Source: an uncultured Geobacteraceae bacterium
GTDB taxonomy: Bacteria > Desulfobacterota > Desulfuromonadia > Geobacterales > CAIOGM01
Direction of reading: 5' to 3'
Assembly: GCA_903902345.1 (NCBI GenBank)
Contig: CAIUUR010000414.1
Span: 2,353-66,352, forward strand
Length of the DNA stretch: 64,000 nucleotides
Shown here: piece after piece, positions 45,962-54,386 of the stretch
Position numbering within the stretch: the stretch's first letter is position 1
Layout of the letters: every line of letters starts with the position of its first letter
Program-made: the position numbers and the translations under genes
Notes under the pieces: generated by a model
What the model was told of the DNA's origin: nothing
The model's input: the letters and a program-made list of their open reading frames with translations, nothing else
Database searches by the model: none

Positions 45962-47610
45962 CTTTTTTCTCCACCGTCATGAACCAGGGACGGGTTTGTG
46001 AACGCCTTACTTGTCCGGTAGAGGAGAAACAGGGTCTGCCGACCGATGGTTCCGTCCGGGCTGACCCCTTTGGCATTCTGAAATGACTTGACGGCGTCAA
46101 GGGTCTGTTTGTCCAGAACACCGGAGAGCGCCCCCTTGTAGACTCCGGCCTCCTGGAGGAGAGTCTGCAGTCGGGTAACCGTTTTTCCCCGTGATCCTGT
46201 CTTCATGCCGGGAGGGATGTCCAGATGATTCTTCCAGGGGAGATACGCTCTGCCGGACCAGATCCCTTCCAGTTCCGCCCCGCTGAGGCTCGTCCGCCCG
46301 GCAAGGGGGGGAGTGATGGTGTAGCGTCCATTGTCCGTACCCAACAGGGCCAGGTAGTGCCTGCCGGTGACGCCGGGAAGGGCCAGTTCCAGAATTGCGG
46401 GGGAATTGTACCGGAGGAGCCCCCCCAGGTTTCCACTGAAACGCAAGGTTTCCACTCCCCGTTCACGGGCCAGGACCTCCGGGAGGTCCGGCTGGGGCGA
46501 TGCCCAGGTTGCTGGAGGGACGTGCCAGCTTTCCGCCAGGGCATTGAATACGGCCAGGGCATTATCTTTCTCGCTTTCCGCCGCCATCGCTCGTGTCACG
46601 CTTTGGATGGAGAGAGGAATCGGAGTCGGCCGGCTGAGGTGACCCTTGGGGCTCTGGGGATAGGGTGAAATTGTTGCCACAGTTCTCTTCTCCGGTTGCA
46701 GTGCCTGCTCCCAGGTGAAGTAGAGGAGTCCTCCCCCCAGGAGCGCCGCGGCAAGAAGCGCCAGGGCTACGGCAGGTATCCGGCGGGGAGTTCCGTTTCC
46801 CGATGTGAGGTGGAGATCGGTGATGGCGGTTCTGGCCATTGCTCCGGTGAGGGGAATCTTTCCTCGGGTGTATCCCAGAAGAAGTGCCCGGTCGCAGGCC
46901 AGGTTGATCAGCCGGGGGAGCCCGCCGGAGAAACGATAGATCCGATGGAGTGCCCTTGGCGTGAAAAGGTTTGAATCTGCGGCTCCGGCCACCTGAATTC
47001 GGTGGGCGATGTAGTCGCGGGTGTCGGCGAGATTCATGGGACGGAGATGATAACTGACACCGACCCGTTGCCCCAATTGGCGCAATTCCGGACGGGCAAG
47101 GAGATCTCGCAGCTCCGGTTGTCCCACGAGCACGATCTGGATCAGCTTGTCCTGCTCCGTTTCCAGATTGGAGATGAGGCGGATCTGTTCCAGCACCGTG
47201 CTCCCCAGGTTCTGTGCCTCGTCCACCACGAGTACCACCGTTCGCCCGGCTCCGTTTTCCTCCAGGAGAAAACGATTGAGATCGCCTAGCAGGTCCGCCG
47301 TATCGGTATGTTCCACCGGGAGTCCGTACTCCCGATTGATGGATTGCATGAGTCCGAGAGAGGAGAGGCAGGGATTGAAGATGAGGGCGGTCCGGTACTG
47401 ATCGGGAGAGAGTTGTCCCAGAAGAGTCCGGATCACGGTGGTCTTCCCCGCGCCGATCTCGCCGGTAAGGGCGATGAATCCCACATGGTTGTCGATGCCG
47501 TAGAGGAGGTGGGCAAAGGCCTCATTGTGGTGGGCGCTGAGGAAGATGAACCCCGGGTCGGGGGTTATGTTGAACGGTTTTTCTCGAAATCCGTAGTAGT
47601 CGCAGTACAT
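45958..47610 (-). CDS. ExeA/GspA-like AAA ATPase with TM segment and C-terminal peptidoglycan-binding domain
   Basis: Track ORF starts at TTG 47634; ATG 47610 (MYCDYYGFREKPFNITPDP) is preferred. Walker A GEIGAGKTT and Walker B VLVVDEAQ. C-terminus …LQTLLQEAGVYKGALSGVLDKQTLDAVKSFQNAKGVSPDGTIGRQT is PG_binding_1-like. Confidence 0.8.
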   Translation of the reverse strand: MYCDYYGFREKPFNITPDPGFIFLSAHHNEAFAHLLYGIDNHVGFIALTGEIGAGKTTVIRTLLGQLSPDQYRTALIFNPCLSSLGLMQSINREYGLPVEHTDTADLLGDLNRFLLEENGAGRTVVLVVDEAQNLGSTVLEQIRLISNLETEQDKLIQIVLVGQPELRDLLARPELRQLGQRVGVSYHLRPMNLADTRDYIAHRIQVAGAADSNLFTPRALHRIYRFSGGLPRLINLACDRALLLGYTRGKIPLTGAMARTAITDLHLTSGNGTPRRIPAVALALLAAALLGGGLLYFTWEQALQPEKRTVATISPYPQSPKGHLSRPTPIPLSIQSVTRAMAAESEKDNALAVFNALAESWHVPPATWASPQPDLPEVLARERGVETLRFSGNLGGLLRYNSPAILELALPGVTGRHYLALLGTDNGRYTITPPLAGRTSLSGAELEGIWSGRAYLPWKNHLDIPPGMKTGSRGKTVTRLQTLLQEAGVYKGALSGVLDKQTLDAVKSFQNAKGVSPDGTIGRQTLFLLYRTSKAFTNPSLVHDGGEKR

Positions 47611-47684
47611 GAAAACCTTAAGAAATCGGGACAAGCCGGATCTAAAAAAAGATTGCCGGCGCTACGAAGAGCAAACACCTTTTT

Positions 47685-47810
47685 ACCGCAAAGACGCAAA
47701 GGACGCAAAGGAACCGCTAAGAAAAACCAACAGCCTTGGGGTAAACCGGAACGGGTTCGGTCTGTGTCGATTCCTTTTCGTTTTCTTCGCGTACTTTGCG
47801 TCTTTGCGGT
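47685..47810 (+). repeat. Hairpin element copy B (unit CGCAAAGA/CGCAAAGGA)
   Basis: Left arm ACCGCAAAGACGCAAAGGACGCAAAGGAACC (47685-47715). Right arm …CGCGTACTTTGCGTCTTTGCGGT (to 47810). 17 nt are perfectly complementary. By my coordinates it has the same 126-bp length as copy A. Confidence 0.8.
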
Positions 47811-47834
47811 TCAAAGGTTCGTCTTGTGTTGTAT

Positions 47835-49229
47835 TTAGTACCGGTACTGCTCCGTCTTGTACGGCCCTTCCTGGGGGACGCCGATGTAGGCGGCCTGCTC
47901 GGGGGTCAGCAAGGAAAGCTGGGCGTTAAGTTTTTTTAGCTGAAGTCGGGCCACCTTCTCATCAAGATGTTTGGGGAGAGTGTAGACCCCCACCGGATAT
48001 CTCCCCGGATTGGCGAAGATCTCCATCTGGGCGATGGTCTGGTTGGCGAAGGAGGAGGACATGACATAGCTGGGGTGGCCGGTGCCGCAGCCCAGATTGA
48101 CGAGCCGCCCCTTGGCCAGGAGGATAATCCGTTTGCCGTCGGGGAAGATGACATGGTCCACCTGGGGCTTGATCTCTTCCCACTGGTACGCTTCCAGGGC
48201 CGCCACTTCAATCTCGTTGTCGAAGTGGCCGATGTTGCAAACGATGGCCTGATCTTTCATTTTCGCCATGTGGTCATGGGTGATAACGTGGTAGTTCCCC
48301 GTGCAGGTGACGAAGATGTCGGCCTTGTCGGCGGCATATTCCATGGTCACCACCCGGTATCCTTCCATGGCGGCCTGGAGGGCACAGATGGGGTCGACCT
48401 CTGTCACCCAGACCTGGGCGGAGAGAGCTCGCATGGCCTGGGCCGATCCTTTCCCCACGTCGCCGTAGCCGCAGATCAGGGCCACTTTGCCGGCAATCAT
48501 GACGTCGGTGGCCCGTTTGATGCCGTCCACCAGGGACTCGCGGCAGCCGTAGAGGTTGTCGAACTTGGACTTGGTTACCGAATCGTTCACATTGATGGCC
48601 GGGAAGCGGAGCTCGCCCCGCTCATGCATCTGGTAAAGGCGGTGCACCCCGGTGGTGGTCTCCTCGGTGACTCCCTGAATATGAGCGATGCGGGTGGAGT
48701 ACCAGGTGGGGTCAATGGCCAGCTTGGCCTTGATGGCGGCGAAGAGGATGGTCTCCTCTTCGGAACCGGGGTTGGCCAGGACGCTGAGGTCGGTTTCTGC
48801 TCTGGTCCCCAGGTGAAGAAGGAGGGTTGCGTCGCCGCCGTCATCCAGAATCATGTTGGAGAAGCCGCCATCGGGCCACTCAAAGATCCGGTGGGTGTAA
48901 TCCCAGTATTCCACCAAGCTCTCTCCCTTCACGGCGAAGACCGCCGTGCCGCCGTCGGCGATGGCGGCGGCGGCATGGTCCTGGGTGGAGAAGATGTTGC
49001 AGGAGGCCCAGCGGACTTCCGCTCCCAGAGCCTTGAGGGTTTCGATGAGGACTGCGGTCTGGATGGTCATGTGAAGGGAGCCGGTGATTCGCGCCCCCTT
49101 CAGTGTCTGGGCGGCGGCGAACTCTTCGCGGATGGCCATGAGCCCCGGCATCTCGGTCTCGGCGATCCTGATCTCTTTGTTTCCCCAGGCGGCCAGGGAA
49201 AGGTCGGCGACGATGAAATCCTGTGACAT
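47835..49229 (-). CDS. ahcY: Adenosylhomocysteinase
   Basis: Track ORF extends to 49451. Trimmed to ATG 49229 ([31 protein letters not shown]…) after AAGGAGAAA, giving 464 aa. NAD-binding motif GYGDVGKG. Confidence 0.96.
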   Translation of the reverse strand: MSQDFIVADLSLAAWGNKEIRIAETEMPGLMAIREEFAAAQTLKGARITGSLHMTIQTAVLIETLKALGAEVRWASCNIFSTQDHAAAAIADGGTAVFAVKGESLVEYWDYTHRIFEWPDGGFSNMILDDGGDATLLLHLGTRAETDLSVLANPGSEEETILFAAIKAKLAIDPTWYSTRIAHIQGVTEETTTGVHRLYQMHERGELRFPAINVNDSVTKSKFDNLYGCRESLVDGIKRATDVMIAGKVALICGYGDVGKGSAQAMRALSAQVWVTEVDPICALQAAMEGYRVVTMEYAADKADIFVTCTGNYHVITHDHMAKMKDQAIVCNIGHFDNEIEVAALEAYQWEEIKPQVDHVIFPDGKRIILLAKGRLVNLGCGTGHPSYVMSSSFANQTIAQMEIFANPGRYPVGVYTLPKHLDEKVARLQLKKLNAQLSLLTPEQAAYIGVPQEGPYKTEQYRY

Positions 49230-49272
49230 CTGTTTCTCCTTGTGTGTTGTGGTGATGATTTTGATGGATGGC

Positions 49273-49521
49273 TTAGGGGCGATCCTTGCCTTCGCCCGGT
49301 TTGTGATTTCCCGGTTTGTTAAAATCAGAGCGAAGACAAGATTCGCCCCTACGGTCGGACAAGACGATGATGCCATGGAAGTGGTTCGGCATGAGCCTAA
49401 AGGCGTCCAATTCCATCCCCGGAAACCGTTCCGGCAGTGACAGCCAAACATTATCGGCTCCCGCCCCTTCCTTTCGTTCCGCCTCGTTCCCTCTAACCTC
49501 GCACTGCGTTCCTATTATCGA
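49273..49521 (-). pseudogene. Remnant of an HUH (Y1, RAYT/IS200-like) transposase-family gene
   Basis: The - strand frame reads …[65 protein letters not shown] is the HUH motif in its usual context (…LD.F..MPNH.HGII…). The N-terminal part and the C-terminal Tyr-bearing part are missing. Confidence 0.6.
49274..49352. repeat. REP-like long palindrome inside the transposase remnant
   Basis: TAGGGGCGATCCTTGCCTTCGC (49274-49295) faces GCGAAGACAAGATTCGCCCCTAC (49330-49352). In either frame it encodes the GANLVFA / RA.ARIAP type peptides commonly produced by such palindromes. Confidence 0.6.
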
Positions 49522-49874
49522 GCATTATGGCGATCCGCTGTTGAAGCGAGATAACTTACCAATCTATGCAAAAGTTTACGGTGGCGGCTGCAAGAGATGG
49601 TTCCTATGCATCCGATAAAACTTGAAACAGGGAGCACCGCCAGAAAACCAAGACGAATAAGTGAAGGTGCTTTGAGGCCACTGCCCGTATAGTCCGAATG
49701 ATTTGGCTCGATGAGATCATCAAAACCGACAACCTGATGATGAAGTTGGGTGCTTACTCCGCAAACCAAAAGATCGCCAAAAGGAGGCATTTGCCGCAAT
49801 ACGATTGCCGGACGATTTTTCACTTGTCCGTTAGACTGTGGTAGTGGGGTCAGAACGACATTGCCCTCGTTCAT
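49515..49874 (-). CDS. PemK/MazF-family type II toxin (mRNA interferase fold)
   Basis: 119 aa, GNVVLTPLPQSNGQVKNRPAIVLRQMPPFGDLLVCGVSTQ…GL.APSLIRLGF matches the PemK-like pattern. ATGA overlap with the upstream small gene. Confidence 0.75.
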   Translation of the reverse strand: MNEGNVVLTPLPQSNGQVKNRPAIVLRQMPPFGDLLVCGVSTQLHHQVVGFDDLIEPNHSDYTGSGLKAPSLIRLGFLAVLPVSSFIGCIGTISCSRHRKLLHRLVSYLASTADRHNAR

Positions 49875-50083
49875 AATCGTACATCCGTAGTTTCGTATTC
49901 CGGTTCAACATCGCTGAAGGCCAAAGCCAGACCTTGTGCAGCCAGCACAGACCAAGTAGTGCGCTCAGGAATCGGTTCCGGAAGTACCGTCACGAGTAAT
50001 TGCGCATTAACCGGCAGGATATATTCTTCGTCCAACAGTATTTGGTTACCATCGTAATGGGCACGTAAGGCGACGGAAGGCAT
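49871..50083 (-). CDS. Putative cognate antitoxin
   Basis: 70-aa ORF translationally coupled (ATGA) to the MazF-like gene, with an acidic C-terminus. Assignment rests on position and size only. Confidence 0.55.
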   Translation of the reverse strand: MPSVALRAHYDGNQILLDEEYILPVNAQLLVTVLPEPIPERTTWSVLAAQGLALAFSDVEPEYETTDVRL

Positions 50084-50404
50084 AATTCACCCCTCTACAA
50101 TAGTTATGATAGTGCAGCTTACCGGCAACGTAGTATTGATTCAACAAGTTTTCAGATGCTTGAACTGAGGAAATGAAGGAAAAGTACGAGGTATTGAGTG
50201 CGGGCAGATCCTTGGTAAATGTCCGAAAATCGAACCTGGCCCGCGCCTCCCCGGTCCTTCACCCATGCCTTTACTTACACAACTTACCAGAGTCCTTGCG
50301 GTCTTCCCGTGATGTTGTCGGGCTACCCGGTGAGACGCCCGATTACTGAAATATGGCTTCATTAGATTCTGTTGTGTGCATAAAAAGGCAAGGGGAGGGT
50401 TTCC

Positions 50405-51316
50405 CTACGATGCTCGTACCACCAGCACCGTCTCTTCTCCCGCATTCCCCTCTACCCGCCGGGATTCGATACGGGTAAAACCTCCCGTTTTCAACCAACC
50501 CCTCAGCTCCACCTCGTCGAAGCCAAGCCACTGGTCCGCCAGTCGTTCCCGCACCCATTCCCGCTCGTGGCGGGCCAGATCGGCCAGCAGCAGTATGCCG
50601 CCGGGTACAAGTATCCGCCGGATTTCCGCCAGTACTGCAGCCGGATCGGCTGCGTGGTGGAGCACCATGGCAAGAAGCGCGCAGTCGGCGCTGTTGTCCG
50701 GCAGTGGCAGGTGAGTCATCTCCCCAAGACGGAGCTCTACGCCGCTCACCTTCCCCTTGGTCAACCGTCGACGGGCTTCATCCAGCATGGCGGGAGAATG
50801 GTCAACCCCGATGACCGTGGCGGATCTGGCTGCCAGGGCCGGCAGGAGACCTCCGGTCCCCAGCCCGATTTCCACCACGTTCTTTCCCTCGGGAACATAT
50901 GACAGCACGATATCCCGATATTCGGGCGCCGGGAGAAGGGTTCGCGCCAGATCATCCCACTGCCTTGCATGCTTGTCAAAGAACTCCCGGCTCCGGTTTC
51001 TTCGCTCTTCCAGCACCAGCGCCACGGCGCTGAGATCCTCTTCCCGCCGGGGGAGTTCCGTCAGCCCCTGCTCCAGCGCCGGACGGATGGCGGTAAAAAA
51101 GGGGGATTCCCCGCCGACACGGTAATAGCTCCAAGTCCCCTGCCGCTTTACGGAGAGCACTCCCGCCTCGGTGAGGACCTTCAGGTGATGGGATACTCGG
51201 GACTGTCCCGTTCCCATGATCCTGGTCAGTTCCTGTACGGTGAACTCACCCCGCAGCAGGATAGCCGCCAGACGGAGGCGGGAGGGGTCGGCAAGGGATT
51301 TCAGGGTATGAAGCAT
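50405..51316 (-). CDS. sahR: ArsR-family wHTH fused to SAM-dependent-methyltransferase-like domain (SahR-type regulator of the SAM cycle)
   Basis: 303 aa. ArsR HTH (LADPSRLRLAAILLRGEFTVQELTRIMGTGQSRVSHHLKVLTEAGVL) plus a methyltransferase fold (VVEIGLGTGG…GVDHSPAML). Lies between ahcY and metK, as described for SahR. Confidence 0.65.
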   Translation of the reverse strand: MLHTLKSLADPSRLRLAAILLRGEFTVQELTRIMGTGQSRVSHHLKVLTEAGVLSVKRQGTWSYYRVGGESPFFTAIRPALEQGLTELPRREEDLSAVALVLEERRNRSREFFDKHARQWDDLARTLLPAPEYRDIVLSYVPEGKNVVEIGLGTGGLLPALAARSATVIGVDHSPAMLDEARRRLTKGKVSGVELRLGEMTHLPLPDNSADCALLAMVLHHAADPAAVLAEIRRILVPGGILLLADLARHEREWVRERLADQWLGFDEVELRGWLKTGGFTRIESRRVEGNAGEETVLVVRAS

Positions 51317-51338
51317 AGATCACGTTTGCCCGTTACTT

Positions 51339-51382
51339 GAATCAATATTAGTTGATATAGCATGATGGGCCAGTGCAGGCAA
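51339..51382 (-). promoter_or_regulatory. Candidate sahR promoter with overlapping palindrome (possible autoregulatory operator)
   Basis: On the - strand: TTGCCT (51377-51382), 17-nt spacer, TATATC (51354-51359). The palindrome ATCAA-N6-TTGAT (51341-51356; - strand TATATCAACTAATATTGATTC) covers the -10 and start region. Confidence 0.4.
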
Positions 51383-51383
51383 G

Positions 51384-51417
51384 AAAAAACGGCCTGCCGG
51401 TGGATACCGGCAGGCCG
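51384..51417 (-). terminator. Rho-independent terminator of the NPD-family gene
   Basis: Perfect 11-bp stem CGGCCTGCCGG / CCGGCAGGCCG (51390-51400 / 51407-51417) followed on the - strand by TTTTTT. Confidence 0.8.
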
Positions 51418-51446
51418 TGGGCGGAAAAAGATGGTCACCGAAAAGG

Positions 51447-52532
51447 TCAGGCGGCTTTTGCCGTGATGACCTCTTTTTCGCCGAACAGTTCGTCAAAAAT
51501 CTCCTGCACCGTGGAGATCCGGTCGGCCTTCCAGGCATTGGTCCCGCAGAAAACGAGACCGGTTTCCACATCACCTCTCTGCGCCCGATCCAGAGAGTAG
51601 ACGATGCAGAAACGTTCGCCGTTCTCCTTGAAACTGCATTTCTTGAGGCACCCGCTCTTGCACCTGGAATTGTTTTCCCGGTCATACCTGACGATGTTTT
51701 CCTGATTCTTGAGTATGGCCCGGCCGGGGAGTCCGGCGGGACTCATGATAAGACCGATATCTTCCTTGGTGCAGTCAAGGTACATCTGCTTGAAGCTGTC
51801 CGCGGCGTCACACTCCACCGTGGGGACAAAGCGACTGGCCATCTGCACGGCGTCGGCCCCCTGGGCCAGGGCATTTTCCAGGTCGGCTCGATCCCAGATC
51901 CCACCGGCGGCGATAACCGGCATCTCCACCCCGTACTCGCTCCGGAAGAACTCCTTGATGGCCCGGATCGTGCCGTAATGGTCATAATTACCGTTGCCGA
52001 TATTCTCCATCTTCTCACCCAGATGCCCTCCCGCGGTATCCGGGTCTTCCACCAGCACGGCATCGGGCAGGCGATGGTACCCCTTGTCCCACTTCTTGGC
52101 GATGAGTTGGGCTGCTCGCACCGAGGAGACGATGGGGATCAGCGCCACATGGGGGGCATGGGCGGTCAGTTCCGGGAGGGAGAGAGGGAGGCCGGCGCCG
52201 CAGATGATGACCTTGGCGCCCCCTTCGATGGCGGCCTTCACCAGGTTTTCGAAGTCGGAGAGAGCCACCATGACATTGACGCCGACGATTCCGTCCGGAG
52301 CGATGGCATAGGCTTTTCGGAGCTCGTTCTTCATGGCATCCTGTTCGGCCTGCAGATAATTCTTGCCGTTATAAAATTCGCTATTAAGAGCGATGCCGGC
52401 GGCGGCGACGATGCCGATTCCGCCGCACCTGGCAACATGACCTGCCAGTGATCCGGCCGAAACCCGGACTCCCATTCCCCCCTGAATCAGGGGATATCGA
52501 ACCTCGTACGCGCCAAGTTTGAATGGTTTCAT
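51447..52532 (-). CDS. NAD(P)H-dependent flavin oxidoreductase, nitronate monooxygenase (NPD/FabK-like) family, with Cys-rich C-terminal extension
   Basis: Trimmed to ATG 52532 (MKPFKLGAYEVRYPLIQGGMGVRVS…), 5 nt after GAGGA. Has the family TIM-barrel motifs. The C-terminus carries CKSGCLKKC…C…C. Confidence 0.75.
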   Translation of the reverse strand: MKPFKLGAYEVRYPLIQGGMGVRVSAGSLAGHVARCGGIGIVAAAGIALNSEFYNGKNYLQAEQDAMKNELRKAYAIAPDGIVGVNVMVALSDFENLVKAAIEGGAKVIICGAGLPLSLPELTAHAPHVALIPIVSSVRAAQLIAKKWDKGYHRLPDAVLVEDPDTAGGHLGEKMENIGNGNYDHYGTIRAIKEFFRSEYGVEMPVIAAGGIWDRADLENALAQGADAVQMASRFVPTVECDAADSFKQMYLDCTKEDIGLIMSPAGLPGRAILKNQENIVRYDRENNSRCKSGCLKKCSFKENGERFCIVYSLDRAQRGDVETGLVFCGTNAWKADRISTVQEIFDELFGEKEVITAKAA

Positions 52533-52664
52533 CAGTTCCTCGATGGGGATTTTCGATAGTTGTCGGACAGGTGACACTTTACCAGAATCGGTCAAGGTGC
52601 AATGTAATAGAAGTGTAAAACCATTCCCCTTGCAAAAGCGGGTTCCCGGTGGTACACAGGGGGC

Positions 52665-53630
52665 ATGAAGTGGTTACGGATGTTTTTTACCCCTCTCTCC
52701 GCCCTCATCGGCATTCAGTTGGTCTGGGTTCTGGTGGTAGTCCTCTGGATCTACTGGTTCATCGGCCGTCACCAGGAGCTCCGGCGACTGGCGCAACAGT
52801 ACAAGCCGGACCTGTTGGCCGGCTACTCCTTCGACTGGCTTGTTCTGGCGGAAGGTCTGGCGCTCCTGGTGGCCATCCTCGTGGGGGTGTACGTCATCTT
52901 CCTCTACTGGCAGCGCCAGTCCGCCCTCAATCGCCGGCAGCGTGATTTCATCTCCCAGGTCACCCACGAACTGAAATCTCCCCTGGCTTCCATCCGGCTC
53001 CACCTGGAGACCCTTCGTCTCCGGAAGCCTTCTCCGGAGCGGGTCGAGCGCTTTCTCGACACCATGCTGGATGATACGACTCGCCTGGAAAACCATATCA
53101 ACAACCTCCTCATGACCGCCAAGCTGGAACGGGGCTTTGGCGGAGGTGAACGCCATATTCACGACCTCTCCCGGTTCCTTACCCTCTTTCTGGAGCGGAA
53201 ACGGCGAAAACTTCCCGAGGGGGGAAGTCTGACCTGGCGGATAGAACCTGACATACGGGTTGAGTTCGATCCCGAGGGGATGGAGATGGCGCTGCGAAAC
53301 CTTTTTGAAAATGCCATCCTCTACAGCTTGGCCTCACCGGAAATCGAGGTGACCTTGAACCGGGAAGGGAGTAAACGGTGTGCCCTGACCTTTGGTGATC
53401 AGGGGCGGGGGATGGATAAGGAAGACCTGCGCAAGGTTTTTCTCATGTTTTACCGAGTCAGGACCACTGATGAGAATATCAGGGGGACCGGTCTTGGTCT
53501 TTATATCGTCAAATCGATCATCGACCGGCACGGCGGGTTGATCCGCGTGACGAGTCCCGGTGCGGGGAAGGGGACGGTGTTTCACGTCACCCTGCCGTTG
53601 GCCAAGTCCAAGGGGAGTAGTCATGAGTGA
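52665..53630 (+). CDS. Sensor histidine kinase (two TM helices, HisKA plus HATPase_c)
   Basis: 321 aa with H-box FISQVTHELKSPLASI, N-box NLFENAILYS and G-box GTGLGLYIV. Confidence 0.9.
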   Translation: MKWLRMFFTPLSALIGIQLVWVLVVVLWIYWFIGRHQELRRLAQQYKPDLLAGYSFDWLVLAEGLALLVAILVGVYVIFLYWQRQSALNRRQRDFISQVTHELKSPLASIRLHLETLRLRKPSPERVERFLDTMLDDTTRLENHINNLLMTAKLERGFGGGERHIHDLSRFLTLFLERKRRKLPEGGSLTWRIEPDIRVEFDPEGMEMALRNLFENAILYSLASPEIEVTLNREGSKRCALTFGDQGRGMDKEDLRKVFLMFYRVRTTDENIRGTGLGLYIVKSIIDRHGGLIRVTSPGAGKGTVFHVTLPLAKSKGSSHE

Positions 53631-54357
53631 GGACCGTCCGCATATCCTCCTGGTGGAGGACGAGCTGCATCTGGCTCGGGGGATGACCTTTAATCTGGAG
53701 GAGGAGGGGTACCGGGTGAGTCATGCCGAGACCGGTGAGGCGGCTCTGGAACTCCTCGCCTTCAACCGCTTCGCCCTCATTATCCTGGATGTGATGCTGC
53801 CGGGGAAAGACGGCTTCACTGTTTGTCGCGAGGTCCGGGGTGCTGACCCGCGGGTCCCCATCCTGATCCTCTCCGCCCGGTCCGGGGAGAGTGACCGTAT
53901 CTCCGGTCTGGACAGCGGCGCCGACGACTATCTGACGAAGCCGTTCAACTTGAGCGAGTTTCTCCTCCGGGTGAGGGGGATGCTTCGCCGGTCGTCATGG
54001 TACCGGCCGGAGCCGGTGGAGGAGGGGTACCGTTTCGGCGACAACGAGGTCTTTCTCCTTTCCTACCATGCCCGTGCCGCCCAGGGGGAGATCGACCTCA
54101 CGGAACTGGAGATCCGGATGTTGGCCCTCTTCTTTCGCAACGAGGGGAAGACCGTGGCTCGTTCTACCCTTCTGGAGACGGTCTGGGGTTACTCTTCCGA
54201 GACCGAGACCAGGACTCTGGACAATTTCATCGTCCGGCTCCGGAAATACTTCGAACCCGATTCCTCTCATCCGGTTTACTTCCGGACCGTCCGGGGGGTG
54301 GGGTACCGGTTTGTCCGGAACGGGATTGGGGCGCACGGCTCCGGGCGCGAGGCGTGA
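53623..54357 (+). CDS. OmpR-family response regulator
   Basis: Trimmed to ATG 53623 (MSEDRPHILLVEDELHLARG…), overlapping the kinase stop. Has a receiver Asp context (LIILDVMLPG) and a C-terminal wHTH (…VRGVGYRF). Confidence 0.9.
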   Translation: MSEDRPHILLVEDELHLARGMTFNLEEEGYRVSHAETGEAALELLAFNRFALIILDVMLPGKDGFTVCREVRGADPRVPILILSARSGESDRISGLDSGADDYLTKPFNLSEFLLRVRGMLRRSSWYRPEPVEEGYRFGDNEVFLLSYHARAAQGEIDLTELEIRMLALFFRNEGKTVARSTLLETVWGYSSETETRTLDNFIVRLRKYFEPDSSHPVYFRTVRGVGYRFVRNGIGAHGSGREA

Positions 54358-54386
54358 GGATTAATTTACAGGGCACGTTTGCTTCT

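Noticed and set aside
47685-47715. GACGCAAAGG strings reminiscent of the ACGCAAAGC core of c-di-GMP-I (GEMM) riboswitches, which are common in Geobacter and sit near PEP-CTERM genes.
   Set aside because: Only the short string matches. The GGCAAA/P1 elements are absent, and the sequence is the tandem arm unit of the hairpin element. No GEMM-like sequence was seen upstream of the PEP-CTERM genes (41614-42024) either.
47967-49226. 419-aa + strand ORF covering almost all of ahcY in antisense. Similar long antisense ORFs occur opposite metK (56234-57427), rny (58462-60048), tyrS (60846-61835), the NPD gene (51417-52451), glnD (37142-38143), mutS (32779-33774) and rpoC (5002-6333).
   Set aside because: Each lies exactly opposite a gene with unmistakable conserved sequence. 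The translations are low-complexity (Gly/Asp/Val/His/Arg-rich) and lack RBSs. Shadow ORFs like these are typical of GC-rich coding DNA.
49230-49451. 74-codon N-terminal extension of the ahcY track ORF ([10 protein letters not shown]…[28 protein letters not shown]…).
   Set aside because: AhcY homology starts at [16 protein letters not shown] (ATG 49229, good RBS). The extension is an alternative-frame read of the transposase remnant and its REP-like palindrome.
49230-49514. Possible SAH riboswitch in the ahcY leader.
   Set aside because: I could not find the conserved SAH-element core. The region is occupied by the transposase remnant and palindrome, and regulation by a SahR-type protein is the expected mechanism in this lineage. 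cmsearch with RF01057 would settle it.
50215-50250. tRNA/tmRNA 3'-end-like string on the - strand (GGAGGCGCGGGCCAGGTTCGATTTTCGGACATTTACCA) that could mark an att site.
   Set aside because: The T-stem halves flanking GGTTCGATT are not complementary, and no acceptor stem can be formed. The stretch is better explained as part of a decayed coding fragment.
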